From Nemertoderma westbladi (Eukaryota > Animalia > Xenacoelomorpha): a stretch of 64,000 bases of DNA. The stretch spans positions 1-64,000 of the forward strand of contig JAUCBJ010000097.1 of assembly GCA_032718475.1 (NCBI GenBank), read 5' to 3'. A program made the translations under genes and the position numbers. Numbering within the stretch: the first letter of the stretch is position 1; each line of letters begins with the position of its first letter. The notes below the pieces were generated by a model. That model was given only the letters and a program-made list of their open reading frames with translations. It did not search any database and was not told where the DNA came from. Shown piece after piece: positions 12,601-24,600 of the stretch.

Positions 12601-15600
12601 GTATTTTTAACTACTGATTATTTGTTATACAAGTACTTGTACCTAATTTAGGGTTTAGTGTACAGTACTTTCCGAAAGTAATTAGTGTAGGCATTATATT
12701 TGTGTTGTAAAGTGGTTGATAGGCACGTACGTTAGCTCTATTAACTTCTAGGTAGGAACACTCCGTGATACATAACGTAGTACCTATAGCGATACGGCTA
12801 TAGGTCGTCAGGCGGTGGTATTTTCCTATCTGGACAACGCAGTGTATTTACTACTACGTATTATTTTCAAATACCGCAGTACCCTGTCCGTTGTAATAAC
12901 CAGATTTCTAACCCTTTGTTAGGCTGGTTTGTAGACTTCTTGTAAAATTACCCTGAAAATTCGTATTGTGTGTTTTTTGTAAAATTTTGTGTTTATTTAG
13001 AGATTGTAATCTCACCCGAATTGTAAGTAATTTGTAGTATTAAGTAACTTAGGTAAATTAGTATTATTTGTTTTAGTGTCCTATAAGTAACACTTCACTG
13101 AAAGCGCACCGCTTTGTGTAGTGATTACTCCCCAGAAATAATAACATTTATTTCAAACATTGACAAAACCCATTAAAACGGGTATATATATATTATAAAT
13201 CAAATCTAACGATTTAGAAATAGTAGCCTACCATACAACCATTAGGTCTCAATATCAGTTGGATTACTGCTCAAAAAACGGTAATAAAGTAAGTAAAGTA
13301 ACCAAGTAACCCTAAAATTCAGAAATTCAATTATTTAAAATAATTGATATACCGGTATTTACGATAGGCCTATTATCTTTATTTCTATAAATTTAGGCTG
13401 AAATTATACCGGTACTTTATAATTAATTCTAGTCCAGAATTATAATTATATATACTACAAAACTGTAAGCTGTATACCGGTATTCCAGATAGGCCTATTA
13501 TATATTTATATATATTTGTGCTAAAATTATACCGGTATTCTGTGATAAACCTAGTCTGTAATAATAGTTATATATACTATAAGCATACCGGTATTCTAAT
13601 ATATTATATATATCACGCTACACTGAGTAGCAGTATCGGTAATTAATTACTAGGCTAGCAGTTAATACTGAATTACTAGACTTGCTTGGACTGTAATATA
13701 GCAGTAGGCATTCAACTGTACAACCAAACATGTCTGACTCACAACAAACATTGTCAGATAGTCTCTTAGAGGGTGTTAGAATGAGTATTAGACTTAGACA
13801 GCGTCTTAAAAGGATCTGTGACCAAGATCAAAGTATGGAACATCCCAGACCAAAGTCTAAGTCCCCTCCTACTGTGCGAAAGATCATCCCTCAAGTAGTA
13901 GTATCAGACCCTAGGCTAGTCCAACATCGTAGGTCTATCATAGGCACTCGAGCTCAGGTCAAGCGGGGCCAAGAAGCAGTGGAACCGCAACAACCCGCGA
14001 GCCAAGAACTTACTTCTCAACGGCCTGATAGCTCCAGTAGTTCGGATACTGTTGAGCGGACGCCCGAACGCGGAGCGAAGATGGCGGATAAGGTTTATGA
14101 TGAGCGGCCAACCTATGAAGAATCAACCGACGCCACTTCTTCTCAAGAAGAAAGCGAAGTGACAGCAGAGAAACCGCATAAGAGGGATGCTATTGACATC
14201 TATCTGTCAGACTATCAACGCTTTGTAGGAGATGAAGAGTTGAGGAGAAGGCTGGAGGGGCTTAGCCCTAATAGTGAAGGAACCAAGCTTGTGCTGGACG
14301 CAATCGATGCGGAAATGTTAGCTGCGAACCAAGCTAAATTTGATGAACAACTCCGCCTGACACGAGTCCAAGAAGAACAAGTAAAGAAAAAACGTATAGA
14401 AGACAGAAAGAAAGCAGCAGTAGCAGCTGCCGAAGCGGAAAGGAAAGCAGCCGAAGAGGAAAGTAAAGCAGCCGAGATGGAAAGAAAAGCGGCAGCGACA
14501 GCAGCAGAAGCAAAGGCGGCAGCGGCAGAGGCAAAAGCGGCAGCGACAGCGGCAGAGGCAGAAGCGAAAAGAAAAGCAGCCGAAATGAAAAGAAAAGCGG
14601 AAATGGCAGTGGCAGAAGCAGAACGTAGAGCGGCGGAAGAAATCACACAATTAGAATTGGAAAACATTCAGGAGAATCAAGACTGCATAAATACACAGTT
14701 AACAGCTAGTAATATGCAGATGATGAATCGATCTACTCCCAAAAGACAGGGATATACATCATCTGAGGAAGGCGATACCACCGATACTGAAGGCAAAGGA
14801 AATAGATCTCGTCTAAGCAGACGTAAAAGAATGTTCCACCATCAGAAATTGCCTGATTTGCCTCCAGCTGTTAGAAGGCAACTAAATAACACCAACTTAG
14901 GTAGTACAGAGCCCACAGACCAAATAATTAAAATAGAAAGACTCCCTACTATAATAGATGAGCCTGAAATAATTAGGCCTGTTCTTGAAATCACCCCTTC
15001 GGTGATAGACACACCTGTGCTCCCTGAAACTACCTCTAAATTCCCTCTGCATAGCACTAAGCTACCTGTGCCCAGTAGAACGGCCCAGGAGACAGTTCAG
15101 GTCCTGGACCCCGAGCGAAATATTCATGATTTGTCGCCCGTTGTCCCTCGTCCGCCCGCTACAACGTTGGCGACTCCCGCTTCGGCGGTCGAATGGGTAG
15201 ACGAGAGACGGCGGGGGATGGATCTCCTGCTCGGGCAGATGCAGGAGACTGTTCAGCAATTCAAGGGCACAGTAAGGGAAAGTAGACTAGAGTTGCAAGA
15301 AGTGCAGCAAAGTATCGCGCTAGAACGCGATAAATTAGTAAATACACAAAGGGGTATACCACCACCCTCGGTAACAATGTGTCAACCTGTTAGGTCTGAA
15401 GTATCTCATGCGCAAGGTGTGGAGCCTACACGCATATATACTGCTAGCGAAGTAGAAACTCCTATAGTGAACCTTATTAAGGGTAATTATAGACCTGTTG
15501 ATAATGACATTCCCTATAGACCTGATCATAATCCGAGAAATTTATATACCGATAACTCGATATTAAATAACACGATGGCCCAAGAAAGTTTTACGCGTCA

Positions 15601-18600
15601 AATGGCTAGAACCGAAGCCCGGCAAGCGGTAAAGGTGGGAGAGATCGTCAAGTTCAATGGAGATGAGATGAAATGGTTACCTTTTAATGAATATTACAAA
15701 GATAACATACAGAACTCTGTACTATCTAATGGAGAGAAACTTAGATTCCTCATAGAGTGCTTGGAAGGATCTCCCAAGTTAATGGCGTTAAAGTTTATTG
15801 GACATCCAGACGGATTAAGACAAGTTTGGGATACACTAAACATCAGGTATGGTAATAGAACTAACATAGCTAGGTATTTATATGCGAAATTAATGGCGCC
15901 CCGAAAGTTTCTTAGCAGCGGGATTATAGAGTTTTCCGATGAGATTCAGGAGATCTGTAGTCAACTAGATTGGTTAGGTAAGTCTCATGAATACCAGAAT
16001 TCTATGGTTGTAGGAGCCTTAGCATCTACTTTGCCCAAGGGTGGAGTAGGTACACGCTGGGACAAGAAGGTGTTATATATGATGGAACAACAACAACGAG
16101 ACCCTACCATGGCTGATCTCATGTCATTCTTGGATAGCGAGGTGAAATTACAGCTCATAAAGCAGTCCAGAGAGAAGACAGCGGAAAGTAAGGTAAGTGA
16201 GAAACCCGTTTCTAGGAGAAGGGTAACACCAGTATGTTATACCGACGACGGTGAAAGCCAAACTTCTCAAGGAGAGGACAGCGGGAAAGACACTGACAGA
16301 TCTTATTATGTCAATAAAATGCCTAAAGATCAGGTAAGTAAATCCAAGTCTCGACCCAATGACAGAAGGGAACCGGTACAAAAAACCCCTCCTACGTCTC
16401 CTAAAAGAATTCAGGTGAGAAAGCCCGAGGAAAGAACAAGTGTGCACCACATAGCACAGGTTAAAGTAAGTAACATCAAGCCGAAATGTGTGCTGTGCGA
16501 CGGGCCCCACCGTTTGAATGCGTGTGATAAATTCCTGAGGAAATCACTAAAGGATAGACGTGAAGTCATGTGGGATAAGCGGTTGTGTTATAATTGCCTC
16601 AGACGAGGACACCAACGGCGAACCTGTTACTCCGACGCAAGGTGTGCAAAGTGCGGCGCAAAACATCATATCTTGTTGCACACGGAATTCGAACGAAACA
16701 GCCCGAGTCAGGTAAGTGAGTCCGAACTACATGTCCAATTCAGTGATGTGAACGACACTGATCAATCTGAGATGGAAGGATTCTATACGGACGAGTTCTC
16801 CGACCAAAACGAATCCTGTTACCTAATAAACACCACCGCAGTGTATCGAGCACTCATGCATGAGAAAGACACAGACAGCGACCTTACCTTAACTACTTCT
16901 GATCAACAACCATCTTGGAAAGCGCCAACTTCCAATATAGGAATCCGAGAATTTCCTGTAGTCCAGTTACGGGTCCACGGACCTCAGAAGAGCTATATAG
17001 TGAACGCCCTCCTGGACTCCGGTAGCACAGGAACATTCATCGATAAAGAACTAGCCGAAGTCATCTTTGCTGGACAACCCAAGTTCCGAACCAAGCTAAA
17101 CATGTCAGGGATCATGCAGGTTTGGAATTCTACTGTAGCTGCCGACTATTATATAGGTGAGTTGTCCACTCCACAGGATAAACTAGGAGAATACAGTATA
17201 AGGTCAGTCAAAATGGTGGCAATAAAGAACTTCGCTACCACCCAAGTGGAACCTTATAATTGGGACGAAGATGATCATGCCCAACAACTTAACATCCCTA
17301 GATTCGACACCGATTATCCTGGAGTACAAATATTAATCGGTCAAAACGCGCATGAGGCGCTGGAGACATTAGAGAAACGACCTACTCAACCGCAACCACT
17401 TCAGACCTATGCGGTAAGAACTAGAGTAGGTTGGTACCTTACTGGACCTTCCCGTAGAACGCTCAGGGAAAGACTGCTTCAAGATCGCGTCTGCCAGGTG
17501 AGTGAATGGGAAGACGATACTAGTGAGGGAGACGACCCAACTGAGGGAACACCACACTCCTCAGATAATGACAATCTTAGCTCCAATGTAGATCAATGGA
17601 GATATTGCCCCAAGAAGTTTAATCCAACTGACATCGCTTCCAGAGGAGCAACTCCTCAAGAACTGACAGATACTACAGACCGGTTAGGTGAACCCGACTT
17701 CCTGAGTAAGGAGGATGAATGGCCTCCCCATCTTACTCCGACTGAGATTAGACCAGCCAAGGGAGCGGAGAAAGTCAAACCTAAAACCCGGACGGGTGGA
17801 TCGGAGTTATTTGAACCCGGGATAGATCTGTCGGTATTACATATTGCCAGGGACGACGCCGTGGATCTGGACCTCCCCACCGCGAGTGGATCCTTCATGA
17901 AGATCAGAGAGAGCGATTGGAGCTCTGGAACATCAGACGTCTCGCAGGGACTCTCACCTCTCCTGCAGGGAGCGACGGACCACTATAGCTCCTGGAATCG
18001 GCTTTGTAAGGCCGTCGTGTACTTAGAGCGATGTTTCTATCGTCACTATTCCAGGACGAAGAGGAAACCTGGAATTGTATTCGGGATGCAGCGACTCAAT
18101 CACCCAGTCGGTCGTTTGTGTTTACCGGAAGGGAATGGAGGACTCTCCGGAAACTGTGGAAGGCAAGATTCTCTTCCCACGACCACCTCCCTAATCCTTC
18201 AAACATCTAGGGACTCCATAACGTAACAACATATGGAGTGGGTGTGTGACTCTATTATTTTATATTATTTTATTATTTTTATATTTATGTATGTATTACT
18301 ATGTAATTTTATTATAATCGTTTTATTTAATTTTATTTAGTAGAATATTATTTAGCGATTATTTAGTAGAATAGTGCAATATATTCGTGTTTATTGCGTA
18401 CGTAATTACTTATATTATATTTAGTGCGACGGCGAGAAATAATTCTTTTCCTCCTTCCTTACTGTCCGTATTACATTACAAATACGTAACTACAGTAAGA
18501 TGAAATGTCCGTACTTATTAAAGTACAATAAAGCCACTACTATATTCAAGTATTATTGGTAGGCAGAGTATTAGGAATGCAAAGTTCAGATCCTCGTGTC

Positions 18601-21600
18601 TCGGCTAAACCAAGCTCTGGGTAGACCTTGGAAACGACTTGCCTCTTCACACTGACATTGCTTCGTGCGATATTGCTCTCATACCGTATATTAAATAATA
18701 CATATAGTAGCGTGATGTCCCTTTAACAGTAGCGTATAACGCAAAATAAATCTGTTAAACCCTTTGACCATCTGTAATTCTAGTCGATTAAGATATCGCG
18801 GCACCCACCGATATACTTGAAAGACAAATTCTAGAATCAGTGGTTAACGTCCCCAGACAAGTTCTGGAATAAATCGGTGCCCATCTCAAATATTAATTAT
18901 TTAATATTTGCAAATCTAATAAATCAAAATCTGTAAAATTCAGATCCTTCAACAATTCTAGTCAATTAAGATATCGTAGCATTTACCGATATTCTTAAAA
19001 AGACAATTGTCATAGAATTAAGGATCTTGTGTCCCCAGACATGTTCTAGAATCAAAATATGTCAATTTAATTATCAAATAATAAAATTTCAGGGAATAAA
19101 TTTAAATTCATGCCTTTTAATGAATTTAATAAATTGCCATTTTTACGCAATTTATAACATTCCCAAAATTCCATTAATTAATAGATCAAGGGAGCGGAGA
19201 TTTATCTTATTATGCGTATGAGTGTGCGAAAGTCTCCCAAACATAGTCAATAGCCGATAAAATTCATAAAGTCATGTATAAAACAGGACATTGACCATTA
19301 AAGAATTACTATTAAATAACATCCCAGATCTGTATGCATTGGAATTACCCTAATTCTACCGCTAGCTTTGCATAATGTCACCATAGCAACAACCACGCTA
19401 GAATTAGAATTGAGTTAAAAGAACAATAGAAAGCTTGTCCCATTGAATAGCATAGGGAATAAATAGCGCACTGCTAGTATCCAAGGATACATAATAATAC
19501 AGTGACATTCTGGAAGGCATTGACTAACGGACAAATGGCCCGAGTGTGTGTAATTTGTGACAAGTTGTGTGTGGTATTTGTGAGTTTATAGGCGAATGTT
19601 ACTACTAAGGTGTGTTTACAGTAGCGAGTCGCAATTGTGAAAGTAACCCTAACTCTCCAGTAAGAACCTGAGGTGTATCTAAGCCTTTGGGACGGACAGT
19701 CGAGTGACTTGTGCCGGTTGTCGTTGTCGTTGTGCGGCTACGTCGTTGGCGAAAGTACAGCGGCGACGACACATCGGCGCTGAGGATCTCGCACTGTCCG
19801 GGGGCTGATTGGGGTAGGCAGCGACGCTCGCTAGCCTAAATATAAACTCCTTATAATATGGATAAACTCATATATAGCAGATATGACGGAGTTGATAGAA
19901 GATGGTCTTGGTATCGGGGAGTGATATACTCTACTTTTACAAGCGTTTGTTGATAGCTTAATACGCGGCGACGTTAGTCCAACTGCTGCGGAGGACTATG
20001 GTCGTTATATCGAACCGCCAATGTCCCAAGAGCAGCTCACGCGTGAGTTGGACTATAGAAAATTCGCTGCTCGATATACGCAGCGTAATGGTACGTATAT
20101 GGGCTTCTTAACCACTGGTCATCCTATCGATTTACACAATACGGACTATGTCGACTATATATCCTGCCCAGCGGAGTCGGAACCATAAACTGAAATTCGA
20201 ATGCGAAAATTCTATTCGAAATCGACTCGAAAGAAAAGACACTAAAGAAACAAATGGACGCGGTAACTCCAACGTATATTTGGAATTCTTGATAGAAGCA
20301 TTGTAACAACAAATAAATATCACCCGCGTTTCCCCTACCAGACGTGCGTCTTTGGTATTATTACGATAAATGCCCTAGACCCAGCCAATAAACGGAAAGA
20401 CATAAACATCCACGGAAACGTTGTTTTAAACACAGTTGTACTCGTTATATTTACTGGAGTTTCGAGCGAAACTTGTTTGACGTATCACCTATGCTCACTC
20501 GGCTCGAACGATCCTGGAGTAAACCTACGATCAGAGTCCCGGAATACTCGGTCAAACCTCCTCATTCCTTAGTTGGACCTCAGACCTGCGATCCTGGTGG
20601 TGTCGCGGATCCTCGCGGACTGTATTCACTGTTCAAAGATCTAGTGCTACCCTAACAATTAATCGGTAACACTCCGACAGTGATTTCTAGCTAGCCGCCC
20701 ATCTTACCTAGCCGGATTGTGACGCGGACACCTAATATCACTATCCAACCGTATGGTCGTCCCCGTTTAACGCGATACAACCCCTCATCAAGGTGAAGGA
20801 GAGCGTTGTACGAAACGAGTTAAACGCTATTCTATAAAGATCAAAAAAGAAACCTGCGTTTGTTCAGATAAACGTAAGTTATAACAGTAAGTCCAATCGA
20901 TAAACGAATTGGCCTTATCTCAATTCGATTGGGAAATCCAGAATCTCTAAGAAGTTATCGAACTTGGACGATCCTATTCTCTGCGAGAGTTTTTGGATGA
21001 ACGTATCCAGCTACGAGCGGAGGAAAATCAGCTCGAGGAGAGCATAGCGAAACGGCAGATACCTCGACCATAATCCTACACCTTCTGATGCAATCATATT
21101 GCACCCTTCACCCAGGAGTTATGGCCCTCCTAGTAAAGTGGCTCCCCCAAAGAGAAAAAGACTCTTGCTAGCCTCAAAAAACTGCGTAAACGCCGTCTGC
21201 GTAAGAAAGACTAACTGTTTAGAGTATCTTTATATTTTAGAAACTGTGATTTGTTATATTTTATAGACTTAAATCCCATTTTCTGGGAGCGGTGTAAAAG
21301 CTTTTGCGTAATTAGCCGGTTATTTTCCCGTAAAGTACTCTGTAGTTGGTTTACCAGGCATAAAAAGGCCGTGTCCTTACTGTACTGGTGTTTTAAAGGA
21401 CATAAAAGTCATTTCTTCTGTATGTGTACTTTAAAGGACATAATCCGTAATTTCGTGACGCAATAGCTGGATACTCTTGAAAACAGTGTCGCTACCATGA
21501 CGACGGCTAGCAGCTGATATTGCCACGTCGACAGTTCTTTGTTTCTTTGTTCTCTCGTTGTTCGGTTAACCAATCAGAGCGTTTTTATGGCTCTTGTACA

Positions 21601-24600
21601 GAAATTTCCGAGAAATCACGTAATGCATTATGGGCAGTGTTATCATTCAGTCCTGAGCCAAGGAAGAACGGCTTTGGAGTATTTTGTGCTTTTCTGCTTT
21701 AGCCTTACACTAGTAGGCTTAATTATAAGGACATATATCCGTTATCTGGGTAACTCAATGTTATCTGCACTGGTTAACACTGGTTAACTGGCCCATACTG
21801 TGCAACTTAACTTAACATTACTGCTTTGCTGTCGGTTATTCATTATATTTGTTGATGAATTATTATATTTGGAATAACGAGAAATAACCCCGAAACCCAA
21901 TATTCTTGATATACCGAAGGTAAGAGAGAAAGGTTACATATAACGATTGCGACTTATGTTAAAGTGGTTTGAAGTGAATCTAATGTTATTTGATAGACCC
22001 TACATGAGTCGGTCTGTGTTCCTTTTATATGTGACTAAAATCAGTGAAGATCGGCAGATTAGTGTGCAGTATTGTGCAGCATTGTGTATGAGTGAGACTG
22101 ATAACGAAGCATTTCCTAAAGAATGCGCCATATATGTGAATTGTAACTAAGCCATATAGTTGTGAGTAGTTTAAGTCATAACTCTGTTTATATAGACAGA
22201 GCGCCACGTCCTAAAGGAACTGTTAATATTCCCCGAAGGTGAATAATATTGTCAGAGATTATATAATACTGTCAGTCGAATAATACATTAGGCTTACATA
22301 GCAATACACTCTAAAAAATAATTTGGCAATCTGCAAAAAAAAATAAGGAAACTGCCAAGATAATCATGCCAAAAAATAGGCACAATATACGTTGGCAAAT
22401 TGGCATGATTATCTTGTCAAATTATATTACTAAAATATTTGGTGTAATTGCCAAAAATATCTGGCGATCAAAGCAAGATATTTAAGCAAGTTAACCAGAT
22501 ACCAAGCGAAATTGCTCAAAGGTAATTGCAAAAAAACTGACCAGATTCAACGTTTATTTACCAAGATGTATCAGATGTACTTTACAAGATATAAAACTAA
22601 TAACACTGACACTTTATTTATTCATTCATAGGTGGTTAAATTACAAAATTATACTGCCAAAAAAGTTACTACTGAGAAATAAAACAAACAAACTAATTAA
22701 TATAAAACCTACTAATTATTAAAAACCTTAGAAACATTTAAAAATAACTATTTATTACAGTTATATCACAGTTAAAGTTATAGCACTTTATTATAGTTAA
22801 ACAGTACGAGTCGGTTTACTCGCCGAGCGCAGCGAGGCAATTAAAGTAGACGAGTACTGTTTTCCTATAACGTGCTTTTAGCAGCGTTATATGTAATTTT
22901 ATTCAAAAATTTAAAGATTTCTTTCCTCTGTCAGTAACAACAGCGTCAATAAAAGTTTAACTTTTATGTCCGCGCACACTTTTTTGTAAGCTCACACTAT
23001 TACATTAAGTGAACCAAGGTACTGTCATTGTCATATTGTCATATTTTAGTTTCACTTTCCTATATCCTGTGCTGGTGTACCGGTAACAAACATCCAAGGC
23101 CTACTATAGAATACAGGGCGCGCAGCCAACTGGTACTTCCTGATAATTGAGGGCCTAGAAATTATTATCAATAAGACGTCAATAGGTTCGATATTAGTAA
23201 TGTTTATTGCTAGAACTTTACTTAAAATCCACTCTTGGGGTCAAATTATATGGCGCACCCTAAGTAGGCCTTGCAATCAGCATATCAAACACTGCACGTT
23301 ATACCGGTATGGTACGGTACATTGTATTAAAACAACGCCTCATCGGAAAGTAATATTTAAATTTTTGAATAAAATTATTTTTCGATTAAAAAAAAGATAA
23401 AGTATATCTGCTAACTAAACAACCATTACAAAATAATCCTTCAATAAGCACAATATCATATGAAACAAATTTTCAGAGGAAATCAGAAATGTTTATAAGG
23501 CAATAGAATAACTATTAATTACACTTGCAAGGCAGGGATAAAGTACAACTTTACAGAGTTCTTGTAGTTTGTTACTGTTGGTGAAAAACACCATACAAAA
23601 CGTAAGGGCCAATGTGGTTAAGAAATAAATTTTAAGTAAGTACCACATCTATACCTTAATTAAACTGTGCGATTAAAATCCTAAATGTGAGATATAACAA
23701 TAATTTACAATTTAGATAAGCCAAAGTTAGAAAAAATACAACGATTTATAGTTCGAAATATATATATATACTGGCCAGCGTGAAAATATGTGCATGTTTC
23801 ACAAACAATTACAACTTTAAGTCCGAGAGAAGACTTGAGACTTTAGAAGATATTTCGGACGGTGGGACCCCAAAAATGTGCTCCAAAAAGAGCCACACAG
23901 GAAGCGATGCAGCCGGATACCGTAAGTAACACACGTTCGACAACTTAAAAGCTAGGTCAACACCTTGCAGAAGGGTTGGCCGCTGAAACCGAAGATCATT
24001 ATAGATAACGACGCTCTGCGAGGAATCTTTAAGTAGAACTACAAATGGGTTTACTTGCAAACCCATACGGGCATATTCAGATGACAAAGTCAGTATCTGT
24101 TTATCCATGGCTGCATGATCCACAGCCTCCATTATGAACGAACTCTTCGCATCAGAAATGGATGGGCGCCAAAACTTTCGATTAGATCGGGATATCTGTA
24201 CAGACATCTTATTACAGAGCTTCTCTGTCAGCAAGAACAAACCTATCTTTGCAGTAGCAGTCTCGTTCAGATCACCAGGGTCAATGCTCCCTATTTTCTC
24301 CATCACAATCAGTTGGCGGCAAACATCAATGAAACTCGGGGTGAATAAGGCGTTTTCATTCAAGTCTGTTACATTTTTTACCACCTTCCACAAATGGACG
24401 AAATCGTGACAAATGCAATCATATACTATGCTATTGTCTAGCATGTATGGCAGATCAGTGAGAATAATTGCCCCATGATAAAACCCGACTAAGCGGTACA
24501 ATGTTGTTGCTATGAATTTACTTCTTTCAAAACCATTAAGTGTCAGATAGTTCAACTCCTCTTCTACTTCCGCTTTAATGTCATCCACATTAAAACCACT

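Noticed and set aside
14215-17898. Antisense ORFs over BEL gag/pol (and similar ones over BEL-2 and Gypsy)
   Set aside because: Shadow frames of long or low-complexity coding sequence.
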